NCBI GenBank assembly: GCA_028534125.1 | Contig: CM052817.1 | Span: 99,264,001 to 99,328,000, forward strand | Length of the DNA: 64,000 nucleotides | Direction: 5' to 3' | Source: Lama glama | Taxonomy: Eukaryota | Shown here: piece after piece, positions 41,840-54,629 of the stretch | Layout of the letters: each line of letters opens with the position of its first letter | Position numbering within the stretch: position 1 is the stretch's first letter | Notes under the pieces: model-generated | What the model saw: the letters and a program-made list of their open reading frames with translations, nothing else | Told to the model about the DNA's origin: nothing | Database searches by the model: none | Translations under genes and position numbers: made by a program

Positions 41840-42289
41840 CTATAAAAGAAAATATCCGTTTAGGGAATTTTCTGTTTTTAGATACAAGAGTTGAAACAAA
41901 AATGATATCTTGATACCAAATCAACAACAACAAAAACCTATCATAATGGATTTTTAAATGCCTATTATAATCTAGATAACATTAAAATCTACCAATCAAT
42001 AAAGTTTTCTTGGATCATTCAACATATAAATTTCAGTTACAGGTTCAATTATCACACTAAGCAGTCCTTTCATCCATTGGCTGAAAAAGCAGAAAAAAGT
42101 AAATTCTGACTCACTATATTGGGGTCATGATTCCTTCCATCCTTCCACTCAACTCCAAGTAGTAACAGAGGTTTATAAGCAAAAACCTTTCTTAACTGAA
42201 GCAAAAAACAGAAACAGCTAATTCCAAATTTAGCTTAAATAGGTGTGCTTCATTACCATGAAAACTATTCTTATTCAGTCACCAAATAA

Positions 42290-42590
42290 CTTCTGCTACA
42301 CCGTAAATGCTTCTGAGTCTAGTCTGGCAATCATTATGCAAGGACCACCTAAGAAACCTTTCTTAAATGATTCAAACAGAACGTATACTCCCTCATTTAT
42401 GTCCTCACTGTAATTGGTATATAACCTGTTGTTGCACTATTCACACTGTATTCCAATTGATTTTTATATCCTTTTTCCTAGTCTACTAATCTTATTGAAA
42501 GCAAAGATTTCATCATTTTCATCCATCTATCTTTAGAGCCTAGACAAACTGACACAGAAGAACATTCTCAACTTGTGTTAACTGAAGAAA
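42290..42590 (+). mobile_element. L2 3' fragment
   Basis: aagaaaccttttct...gcactattcacactgtatt...ttgaaagcaaagatttcatc...agcctagaca. Confidence 0.55.
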
Positions 42591-43564
42591 TTGCTTCCTT
42601 AATCATTCCCATCTCCCATATTTCAGTAGGTCAATCTTCCCACCTGGTATATACTTCCCTCTCTATCTCCTACGACTTTATGTCCCTAGCTTTATTCAAA
42701 CTACTATGTAGAGTTAGTTTCCAACATGTGATCTTATTTTACTCTCCAATACCCTTGAGTACTCTTGTATATCTGTATTGTTGAATGACCAGCTCACCCT
42801 CTTATAGTATAAAATGTTCAGACTCTTTTGTCTTGTATAAGAGATATCTTCTTTATGTTTTCAACAAATAACTGTGCTTATAAATTTTACTCGGGAAAAA
42901 AAATAGTTACCAGGAAATTAACTCTGACAGAGTTGAATGGGGACAGAATGGACAGGTACAGAAACAACACACATTATGACAAATCTTCAAAATGTAAGTC
43001 TAGAAGACTAATTTGGAGTATAATTTACTGAGGCTTGAAGAGTTCTAACAAGCTCAAATTCTCTCATAAACCTCTTATAATACTCTATTACTGAGATGCC
43101 TTAAGTTTCCCCATTGTATGCTTCTCCCTTACTGAACTAACTTATTCAACCAAAGATTTATTACTATGGGATTTGGTTGGAGGACATTGACGGAGACTTT
43201 AGATGAAGTCAGGTAGAGGAAGATAGCAAAGATTTTTTAAGAAATCTCTAAGCAAGAATTCTTTCCATAACAAGTTATTTCATCAGGGTAAGATGCACAT
43301 TTTTCCACATGATATTATCTCTCAAATCAATGCAGCTTACAAAGGCATCTTAACGACTGTAGTCGGCCAGAAGCTGAGACCTAACTGTGAGAAAACACAG
43401 TGGATAAAATCATGAAAGCAACAGAATTAAATCTGAAATGTGATAAATGACTAAAGAAGGAAAAACTGTGTAACTTTTCGAAACTTTTATCTTGCAATCT
43501 ACAACCTCAAGATAACATAAGTTAGAGGAAGAATGACTGTACAATCTAAACTTATTGTCTGAGT

Positions 43565-43870
43565 GAGGCATACCTCGGAGATATTTTGGGTTCAGTTCCA
43601 GACCACAGCAATAAAACAAATATGACAATAAAGCAAGTCACATGAAGTTTTTGGTTTCCCAGTGCATATAAAATTTATGTTTACACTATACTATAGTCTA
43701 CTAAGTGTGCAACAACAGTTTTTCCCCCCAAAATGGGACATTTTCCTATTTAAAAATACTTTATTACTAAAAAATAATAACCAACATCTGACATAGGGCT
43801 GCCACAAACTTTCAATTTGTATAAAAATGCTGTATCTGCAAAGCACAATAAGTGAAGTGTAATACATTTT
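43565..43870 (-). mobile_element. Internally deleted Tigger1 derivative (left copy)
   Basis: aggcatacctcggagatatt...ttccagaccacagcaataaa is the Tigger1 3' end in reverse. It then jumps to the 5' end gccacaaactttcaatttgta...tatctgcaaagcacaataa. Confidence 0.88.
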
Positions 43871-43874
43871 TTAT

Positions 43875-44330
43875 TTTTACAAATTGTATTTTTTACAAAT
43901 TGAAGATTTGTGGCAACCCCGTGTCCAGTAAGTCTATCACTGCCATTTTTCCAACAGTATTTGCTCACTTCATGTCTCTACATCACATTATGGTGGTTCT
44001 CAAGATATTTCAAACTTTTTCGTTATTACTTTGTTTCTATTGGTGATCTGTGATCAGTGATCTTTGATGTTATTATTGCAAAAAGATTATACCTCCCTGA
44101 AAGCTCAGATGATGGTTAGCAGTTTTTAGTCATAAAGTATTTTTCAGTTAAGGTATTACATAGTATTTTTAGACACAATGTTTGCATATTTAATAGTCTA
44201 CAGTAGAGTATAAACAAATTTTATATGCACTGGGAAACCAAAAAATTCACATGACTCACTTTATTGTGATATTCGCTTTATTGCAGTGGTCTGGAACCAA
44301 ACCTCACTATCTCCAAGGGGTATGTCTGTA
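43875..44330 (+). mobile_element. Internally deleted Tigger1 derivative (Tigger1a-like, right copy)
   Basis: ttttttacaaattgaagatttgtggcaaccc...gatctttgatgttattattg|caaaaagatta...tggtctggaacc...ggtatgtctg followed by TA. Confidence 0.92.
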
Positions 44331-44351
44331 TATAAAGTCCACACTCTTATT

Positions 44352-44362
44352 CACATATACAC

Positions 44363-44409
<47 letters not shown>

Positions 44410-44419
44410 TATATACATA
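44352..44419. repeat. Compound (TA)n/(CA)n microsatellite
   Basis: Seen directly in the sequence. Confidence 0.95.
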
Positions 44420-45070
44420 TATACACACATACACATACAGTTCCTAGCTCTGTCCACTGAGAGGACCTGGGAGCAGCAATACCCTAACACCCAATGTCCA
44501 AATCTTGGCTTCCAAATACTATTCTCCACTAAAAGAAATAGCTGATTCAAGATCTGTGAAAGAAAAGTACAAAATGAGCTTAACACATCTAGTTTTGTTG
44601 TTTAGAAAGCAAAGAAATGTCCAAGGACTAATAAGATAATGTCACAATGGCACAGAAACCAGCTTAAAGGGACTCTCAACTGACCAAAATGAGGACAATT
44701 TGAGCATCAAAATAAATAACAATAGTAACTGATTATAAAATCGTCAATAAAATAGGAAGCTATGAGGCCATATTGATATGATACATTAAGAATCCGAGCA
44801 ACAGGATATTCAAATAATTTTCAGGTTCCTCTCCACAAAATACTTATTAATTACAAAAGGGAAAAAATAACTTTATAATATAGAAAACCGGCAGTTACAC
44901 TTTAATCAAGTGATGAAAGTGGTCACCAACAGCACTGTAAGTCAAAATTGTGCACCATGAGATCAGATTACTTCCTTTTCTGTCTGTTCCATCATATTCC
45001 TACCAAAGAAATATAATCTGTCTCTAATCATGAGGAAATATCAGACCAACTCAAATTCAGGGACATTAAT
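44420..45070 (+). mobile_element. L1MC3/4- or L1MD-like 3' UTR fragment
   Basis: tcctagctctgtccactgagaggacctgggagcagc...gacaatttgagcatcaaaataaataa...ctaatcatgaggaaatatcagac. Confidence 0.85.
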
Positions 45071-46074
45071 TTGAGCTGTTTCCAATTTTCTTTTTTTTTC
45101 CATAAAAGACAATGTTTCATATGTGCTTACATAAATTGATAGGCACTCCTTTATATTTTTGAAGTAACTTCCCAGAAGTCAATAAACGCATCCTTTATGT
45201 GTGGACACATATTGCTAAACTGCCCTGAAGAAAGAATAAACAATTTACACTTCTTTGATTACTAGTAAAATTCAATGTATTTTCCCAATTTACTGAAAAC
45301 AAAATAGGAAACATAAATGACTGTTCTGAACTTTCAAGTATTTTTATTAGAATCTTCTTTATTTGTAATTATTTGTTACATATAACTAGCGAAATTTAGC
45401 TTTTATCATTCATTACAAAGTCTTGCCAATTCTGTGATGACTTTTTACCATACAGAATTCTATAATCTTCCCTTCAAACCACCTGTACTAACATGATACA
45501 GAAAATAGGAATATCACCAAATTTTTAACAGGATTTTGAGGACATTTTAATTCAAAAATGTAAAGCACCCAAGATAAAGTAGATTCTCCAATGTTACTTT
45601 CCCATATTTCTGCAAGGCACTAGAAAAAAGGTCTAGAGCTCTTCTGAGTGATTCTACTATATACTCATGATTCATTCTATCCATTTTTAGGATATATATT
45701 ACTTACCTATTAAATTCCCACCCATAATAAATACAAAAGTCTCTCCACTCATCTCAGCCTGACACCTATTCTCTTCCTGCTTTCAAAAAGAAATGCCAGG
45801 TCATCCAAGACCAGAGCCTTTCTCTTCCACTTCTAAAGGCAATCCTGCTAACCTCTCAAGCTATCTCAACCATCAAACTCTTACATAATTTCCATTACCA
45901 ATTTTTTTTTTCTGGAAAAGGTGTTCTACACTGGCAGAAAACACGTCCTCACTGGCCACCCACAACCAACCATTTTCAAATCGAATTCTTGCTCTATCAA
46001 TATTAATATTATACTAGTTTCCTTGATAACAACTACCCTTAAGGGGTTTAGGATTGAAATATTTGGGGAAGCAG

Positions 46075-46230
46075 TAAGGGCTGTCCCACTTATCAGCTGT
46101 GTGATGGGTAAAGTTACTTAAGCTCTCTGTGTCTTATTTTCCACATCTATAAAATTAATACCCATACCTATACTTGACAGAATTATTTTGAGGATGAACA
46201 GAGACTGGACCATAGTAAATGGACAATGAA
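46075..46230 (+). mobile_element. MIR fragment
   Basis: ccacttatcagctgtgtga...aagttacttaagctctctgtgtctta...catctataaaat. Confidence 0.8.
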
Positions 46231-46740
46231 TGACAGCCTCCTTCCTTACCCTTTTATGACCATGACTGCGTTCAAAATATTTAACATTTTCATGTTTCCC
46301 TTTAGAATGTAGTTCAGGCTGAAAACAGAAATTCTTCAACAATTATTCAAGTGGCATTAACTATAGGTAACTAAAATGAGAAAAAACGTTTAAAGTACCT
46401 TTTTAAAAACTCACCACAAAAACTTAGAAAGAAACAAAAGGAAAATTCTGTCGTGCACTCTAGAAAATGTAGAGCAAAGAATCAATCCCAAATTTAACTG
46501 TTATAAAAAGTGGATTTCCAACACTTTCTTTATCAGATTGGTATAAAATAAAGCATAACCATAAACATCTGGTAAATCTACCCACTGTCCTTTACAGCCT
46601 GTCATTGCCTCACATCACTCCCACAATCTCCTCAGGCTCATTTCCATTATATCTGGTCACGTCATTCAACTTACTCTTCCAACTGGAGCAAAGTTTACTC
46701 TGGGTATAGATAAACAAAGCCAGGCTCTAATCAGGGGTTC

Positions 46741-47164
46741 TGTAGATTTAACTGATTAAGAAACAGCAAAGATCTGGGACAACTTGACCTTCCCTAAAAC
46801 ATGCTTGATCTTTAGGCAGAATCTGATCAACAGCCAACAGTTCTGATTACAGGTCTTAGCCAAACAGAAGGATCTGGAAATCTGGACTACTTGATCCCCC
46901 CCCCCCCGGCTTGGTTTCTTTGCAGGGAGGGCACTGCAGCAATCTTCCACAATTAACCTCTGGATAATTACCGAGCCTACCTCTCAGAGCGAGCACATTC
47001 CCACAACAAGACGAACTTACCCACAGTGAACCTCTCCTCCACGAAACACTTCCTTCCGCTTCCCCTGGTAATTAGAGCTCACTTTTCTTTTTACTGGGAT
47101 TCTTGTTTACTGCGAACCTTCCTCCCAGCCTCATCATACTGCTCAAGCGAGAACTGACTGTACA
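46741..47164 (+). mobile_element. Probable lineage-specific ERV solo LTR (family not recognised)
   Basis: 424-bp block bounded by TGTA...TACA, richer in GC and CpG than its flanks, with a C-run. No TSD found and orientation is tentative. Confidence 0.5.
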
Positions 47165-49959
47165 TAAAAACTCTAACAAACTGAACGGAATCCATCCTAA
47201 TGCATAAGATAAAATTAATCTTAAATTTTTTAAATTAAAAATGAAGTTAAGGCACACATTTTTCCATACTGACAATTTTTAAAAGTATATCTATCAATTC
47301 CTGTTTCACCATCAAAAAATTTCCATTTTTCACAATAAAATTTCAAAGTAGAAGGCAAAACAGGGTAAATTTGAAATTTTTTTTTCATTCTTCAGTATCT
47401 GGCATTCCTGACAGCTCCAGTCCTTCTAATCCTCCACAACACTCAATGAAGTACTTCGGAGATCCAACAGCTTTATTACACTCAGTTAATGACACCTGTA
47501 ATTTTCTAAATTCTCGACAGCAATATGAGCATTGAACCATGGTTGGCAACTGACTTCTATTACCAACAATTAATGAAATATTTCTGAGCTTTATTTTTTT
47601 CGTGGTAGTTTTTAAAGACCATCCTGATTTAGAGTATATCAGACATTTTCTCTCAAAGGACTAATTGGTAGTTTTTCCTAACCTCGTCTGAACTGGATGA
47701 AAAGGAACACATAAGGTCCCATCTATTTAAAAGTATAGAGAGCAGTAATAAACCTCAAGAATATGTTTGTATGAGGCTTTGGACATTAAAAACTAAATTA
47801 GCTTTTACTGAACTACTTTACTCTAATTTTAATGACCTGAAATAGATACCAAAAATTTTAAAAAGAGTAGGAGCACTGTTTGCTCTAAACAAAACAATAA
47901 CAAAAATGATTTCCTGACAATACCCTGTAAGTAATGCAGATTTTCAAACCTAAAGGAGACTATAGCAGAAAGGGATTTTTATAAAGTGGTCTCTTTAAGT
48001 CATAAAACACACTTCACCAACAAACATAAGTGAATCAACTATCAACAGATTTAAGAGGGGAAAAAAATCAAAATTGAAAAAAATCAAAAATGAAAAAATA
48101 AACTAAATGTATCAGTAATTTCATCCTAGGTTATTCTTCATTCCTACCAGTCAGAAAAATGTAACTTTCAAACACATCTTGCATTTTTTTCAGCTAAGAT
48201 TAAAAATCATAAATCTATGACAAATTTGTTTTGATTAATTTAACATTAAATATTTTCAACAAGTGATCACACATACGTAAATTCAGAAGCAACCTCCAAC
48301 ATGTGGACTGATACTGACTTATCTTCTCCTTATCCTTGCACTGATAGACTGGCTCCTTCAAACTGACAGTTTCCCAGACATTTAAAAGAACATAAAGGAA
48401 AATCTAAACAGATCATTCGTCTAGCATCTATCCAGGGAATAGTCAATTGCTTATTCAAGGTCCCTAGGGGTCTAAATAAATAATGCCCTTTGCAATAAAG
48501 TATCATTAAAACAAATGCCAATATTTAATCCCTAAACACTGTATTTTTAACTGTCCTCTCTCTCCCTTTTCCCCCTCTCTCCCTCCCCATCCATTCCGGA
48601 CCAGTTCAGGGGGACAATCTATATGCCCAGTTAAAACTCTTTATTGAATAAAAGAAACTTTCATTGAATAAGTAAAGATAAGTCTCTTGAGTCAAATATA
48701 TGAAGTAAAGAATCAAATATTTTTCTTTAACATTAAAAATGAACATACTAATTTATAATAAACATGGCTCTGATAAACAGAAGAGAGCCTGATATACTAG
48801 AAGGTAGCATAATCATTAAATTTTGAAGATTAGCAAACACCCAGTACATAAATTACTTAAGAACAGTCTATTTAGTTCCTCCACTGGGTTAGCTTCAATT
48901 TTATTTTAATCACTTATGCTTTGCAACCATACATATCTGAGGAACACCACACATATTAGAAAAAAAAATTAACAGCATTTTAACACATATTGTTCTCTGG
49001 CCATTTAAACCTTTGCTGATGAGTAACTTTAAAATGTAAATATTTTGATATATTCACTAAAAACTCTTTATCTCTTAGTTTTCTTTATAAATGTACAAAT
49101 ACAAATGATATACCTTGTTCTCTGATAAATATTTTACAACTTATTATGAAAAAAATTGCCATTATTATTAGATTATACTATTTGCTAATAAAATGCTAAG
49201 AAACTAAGAAAATTTATTCAAACTAAAATCTGAAATTTGTATGTAGTCAAAATTTGAATACTGACTATAGTTTTAATAATGTACACAGTTTTAAAATGTA
49301 TTTACAAATCCTTAATTTTTTCACAAAATTATAAAATTATTTGAGTGGTTATGTTTTGACCAAAGAACCTTTGACCTCATACAAAGCTGACAAGCTCTAA
49401 CTCTTTTTCTGGGATCCAGTCCCAGTTTCTCCTTAATTGTGCCATATGTAAAATTTAGAAATCCCATTTCAATATCTAAATTTCCAAATAGTTGACTTTT
49501 CTGCTACAAAACTTATATTTTATGTTTTCAATTCACATGGTTTCTTCCAAGGAAATTCTCATTTTTGCTAATGTATATGTCCTATCAAGCATATTTTTTA
49601 TTAACCGATAATCTATTACTGAATTTAAGCAGCTCATTTTTTGTCGCTGACTCACTATAAAATTCAGAACTGAAGTCATCTCAAGGCACAAAAGTTTATG
49701 TTCCACAGGGAAAGATATTAACTGTACTTTCATATAAAGAAAATATGTAAGACCAAACCAAGACTAATACCCAGCTTACCCAGATCTGCAAGAATAAATC
49801 GCCCAGCTCAGCATGTAATTACAATAACAATCAATTCAACCACAAATCACTTTTCCCAAATCCTGCTTGAACCCGAAGAAGGAAAATAATTTTGCAATAT
49901 ACTGTAAAGAGCATATATTTTTAATGACAAATAACTTAAATCAAGAGATCCACCAAAAA

Positions 49960-50330
49960 GAATACAAAAATCTATCAGTTGAAAATACTGATGGTGGAGA
50001 GATAACTCTTTATTTGTGGGATTTGGATTGCAAGTGAAAAGAGAACAGAATACAAGGGCAAGTATGGTAGGCAAAAATATGAAAAGTGGGCTGTGGGAGA
50101 GCAAGAAATAAAATGACTGAAAATACTCAATTAGGTTAGATTTCTTATCAAGGCAGTAATGTCCATGGCAGCAATCAATGGAACAGACCAGAAGTGATAA
50201 ACTAAAATGGAGACACCATGTAACAGTGACAACAAGACTGTAGTGACAGGAAGAGGAAAGGGTCAGGTACGAAAATCAAAACGAAGGACAAAAAGAAAGA
50301 TCATCATCACAAAGATGACTTAGAATGACT
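49960..50330 (-). mobile_element. L2 fragment
   Basis: Purine-rich stretch gggatttggattgcaagtga...caaggcagtaatgtccat...ggaagaggaaaggg...gatgacttag. Confidence 0.5.
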
Positions 50331-51179
50331 TAAAAAAGGAATAAATTATTTTTTTTAAATAAAGGGGGCCAGAGAGGGAAAAGAAAGAACTAAAAATTCT
50401 AGCCCAAAATGGGAAAACCTGGAAACTATCTAAGAAACACTACCACCACAAATTATCAAAATTTAAATAATAGGGGGGAAAGGTACATTATGGGCTAGAT
50501 ACAGGTTTTGTGGGGTTTTACCAATAAACACAATGGTCTTCAAGACAGCAAATTATTCTGTAATTCTGCATATGGTTCTTCAAGGAGAGTATTTTATAAT
50601 AGATTTACCAGAACATACACAATGGCTTTAGAGAGAAATTTATTATATACTTTTATATCAAATATTGCCCATGTATCAGCTTTATTTCTTACCTCTTCTG
50701 ATGCATGAATTTTGAAAAATATATTAAAAAGCAATCAGAGGGTCCTATTTGCTTTGTCCCATAAAATGAGATTAAAGGGCAATGTATTCAAAATAAGAGA
50801 TAATATTTTACTCAGTGTGTACTGTGAACTTCTGAATTTACTACATATGCTCTGGGAACTTATCAGGAATTCACTATTACTGAATTAAAAAGAAGGCATA
50901 CAGCTTCATAGATATTAGTAAATTCTGCCTTTTTCCCAAAAGAAGCCAGCCTAGAAAAATCATAGTTGATTTTTTTAAGAGCTTTGGATGGGATGGAAGA
51001 ACTGAAATTTGCATAACCAGCCCAAAATAGATTACCAGATTGTTTCTTCTCCAAAGTTAAAAAAAAAAAAAAAAAGAAAGCATCAGAGTATAATGGAACA
51101 ATAAGGAAGAAAGAAAACCTGCTAGAGGTCTACACTTTAATTTTTCTTTATATTTTCTAAGACAATGATAAAAAAAATC

Positions 51180-51332
51180 TAACAAATAAACCACACTATT
51201 GCAAGATGTTAATAACAAAGGAATGCAGAGAGGGTGAGATTTAGGGGGTAGATAGGAACTGTCTACTTTCCATTCAAACTTTCTATAACCTAAAATTGAC
51301 CTAAAAAATAAGGTCTATTAATTTTAAAAAAT
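51180..51332 (+). mobile_element. L1MC/MD 3' terminus
   Basis: aacaaataaaccacactattgcaagatgttaataa...ggaactgtctacttt...aacctaaaattgacctaaaaaataa. Confidence 0.8.
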
Positions 51333-52846
51333 GCTTTAATGAAACAAAAGAGCAGAGCAGCACAAAACTCTGTCTACTACCACTGCAGCTTTTGGTTTCT
51401 CTGTGGAAATTTTTCGTCAATTATTTTTTCCTAAGTATAAAAATAATACAGAACTATTGGTAAGTTTTTGAAAAATATGCTAAAATTTAAAAGCTTGAAA
51501 ATAAAAATTTCCAGTAATTCAACCAGACAGAAATAATCAAGTAACTTCAGAGTACATTTTTTTTGCTTTTTCATGTAATAAAAGTACATACATAGTTCAC
51601 ATAGTTATGTAAAACACTTTATATAATTTTTTTTACTTAACTTGCTGTGAGCATTTTCTCTTATTTAACACTAAGAAATGTGTACAGAATTAATCACACC
51701 TACAACTTTAAAAAATATTCTGCTAACACAAAATAGTTACAGTGAAAGAAAAAAAAATGAGAAAGACAAAATAAACAATTACGGTCTTTGTTTCTGGAAC
51801 ACATGATATATAGTACACAGAAAGGAAAAATTTAATGTCTCTGACAACTGGCTAGAAGAAACACCAAGTGAGAAGCAGAACTCTCTGAGATTAGTTTAGC
51901 AAATAAAAGTAGAACAACAGACAACAGCAGGCACGAGATGATCCAAAAGATGAAGGAAAAACATTACATCAGACTTTAATACAAGCCACCTAGTCATTCC
52001 TTCAAAATTTTTTTTATTTTTCATTAATCTCATTCTAGAGTAACAAGAATCAATGACTCTTTTGTGGAGTTTTTTTTTTTTTTAGTTGTTAATTTTTTTT
52101 AACAAAATACCACAACACTTCGAAAAATACTACTTCTATAAAATAATATCCCCTTTGCCCTAACTTGGTCATTTTAATATCACACAGTCTTCAAGTTTAC
52201 CTGGTATATCACTAAGCTTCCAGTCAAAATTTAGGGATTTAGGATCTTGTATCCACACACAAACACCCAAATACTTTTGTACTTGGAAGGAATATAGAAA
52301 GAGGGATGAGCAAAAATCAAATTGCAGTAAGAGCTACTGAACTACTATGACTAATGCTAGAACGATGACAGATTTCAGGGCAGCATCCCCCTACCAAGTC
52401 TCTAATTCAGAAAACCACGCAAGAGAAATCAAAGTGCTGGATATTATATGAACATCTGGTAACTGATAACCAGATTAAAAGACCAAAGGTCAACAAAACT
52501 TTCACATATAAATCACCGTTTATACACGTCTTCTCAAGTGCAGGGAAAGGAAAAACAGTATTAAGTATTTTAATAAATCTATCATTCATTCATGCATTCA
52601 TCCACCCAACCAGCGGCAACCAATTACACACTACTACCTTCAAGTGGAGAAAATACTGAAATCCTTGATTTACTTCACCTGATTTTACTCAAATTTATTC
52701 AGAAAATTATTGAACAATCAACAGTATAGTACAAAAGCATAATGATTTATAATATGCCTAAAAAAATTTAACTTTATCAAAAATCCTAAGCTTCGCTAAA
52801 ATGGGATCTAAAAACTTTTTTTGTTAGAACCACCGTTGAAACTCAC

Positions 52847-52980
52847 CAGGTGATTCTCCTCCCACATCTGAGGCTTGGGCTGAATCTACTGAAGACACCA
52901 CACTAACAGCATTGGTAGGTATACTTGTAGAAAGTGTGGAAGGTAAGGCTGACGATTTTTTTGTTGCAATGATGACACTT
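52847..52980 (-). CDS. LRBA: LRBA coding exon, 134 bp (SVIIATKKSSALPSTLSTSIPTNAVSVVSSVDSAQASDVGGESP)
   Basis: Acceptor tttctttattgcag|A and donor CCTG|gtgagt. AG+A completes the Arg codon from the previous exon. Confidence 0.96.
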
Positions 52981-54319
52981 CTGCAATAAAGAAAGTAAAC
53001 AGATTTTAAAATACAGATCACTCAAGTTAATCACATGAATTTCCGATCAGAAATAGGGAACTAACTTCTCTAATTTTCTTTCTTACCGCCATTTCGATGT
53101 ACAATTTAGAATATACTCTCGATAAGAAATCTGTTCAATAAAAAGAAAACCAAGAAATCTCTTCAACAGTGTTCTCATTTATTTCTTTGTTTTTTAAGAA
53201 TTGGGACAATGTTCTATGGAAATACCGTTTTAACATTTAAACCTGTATTCACTATATTCTTTAAATTTAGGGTCATCTTTAATTTTCCAACTTAAGACAT
53301 AACCAAAGGTATAAATAAAAAATGTTGGCACCAAAGTGGAAAAGAAATTAACTTTTTTAACTTCAGAAGTGAAGCAGAAAATTCAACATGTTTCTATAAG
53401 GATTTTAAAGCACTGCTAATTTGAAATGATAAAACCTTAGAAATCAGATATGAATATTTTTTAACATGTATACAACTCGTTTTACTTTTTAACCCTAAAA
53501 GACTGTCTTTTGACAACATTACATAGAGAAAACAACACATAGGCATAAAAGCTAGATATAAAAATATCAAATAATCAAATCTGTTCATCTTGGGAATTAT
53601 TCAAATACAGTATTTATGATATACCAATTTCAATTAAAGTGTAATACTTTATACCAAAATAGTAACTAAAAGACCTTATTAGGCATAACTTAAAAGGCAT
53701 TTTTAATTGAAGTTAGCTCCATAAACATGCAAAAATCCAGTTAATGAGGTAAAGAGGACAGCTGATATATAATGCATTCCCACAGCAGTGCTTACTTTTA
53801 ATTACCTGATGTTAACCGTAAGCCCAAAGTCTTCAACATTCAATTTATTTAATCACATCTTTTGTTGACAATATTGTAACTGCAAGCTTCAAGTATTCCC
53901 TTAATAGCTTTAAAGAATTCAGTTTCTAAATAAACTTCTTAGATACTTGATCCCAATAACTGTATTCAAAAGTGGAAATAATGTAATTCCAGTACTTTAA
54001 AAATATATTTTGTTTTTGATGTTACATCAGAAAGAGACAATACAAAGTGAAATAGGTTCCGTTTTACTCCAGTGCCTATCATGTGACAGCAAACACTGTT
54101 GCCAATTAAATCAAGTTCTCTCGTGCTAGGCATGGCTTATTCAATGTACTTGGGGATAGCTGGTGTCACTTCATTATAAGGGTGACTGCCGATGTTAACT
54201 ATACACTAAAAAATAGAAGCAACAGCCACCTGAGCCCTCAATCCAAAATGGTGTGCTTAAATCATGGTAGCTTATATCAGATGAAGATTATTAACTTTAG
54301 GGGAAGTAGATATGACCCC

Positions 54320-54342
54320 TGTGTGTGTGTGTGTGTGTGTGT
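54320..54342. repeat. (TG)11 microsatellite
   Basis: Perfect TG run, seen directly. Confidence 0.97.
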
Positions 54343-54629
54343 CCACGTGGGCTGGTGGTACATTCAGAAAACTGAACTGTTTTGTATTAAAAGTAATTTG
54401 TGTATTTCCTACTCCAGGCAGAAATTTACAAGCCTATTGTTTAAGAGAATCTCTAGCTACCTATTTCCTAGCAACCTATTTTTCGGGGGAGAGGGGAGAA
54501 GGAATACTTAAAGTTTACTTTCACATTTGTTCCCAAAACAAAGAAGTAGCAAGATCTAGTTTCTGCATACAATAGATAAATACAGATAGGAGCAACAGAA
54601 AATAATATTTATAATAGTAAAATTGGTTT

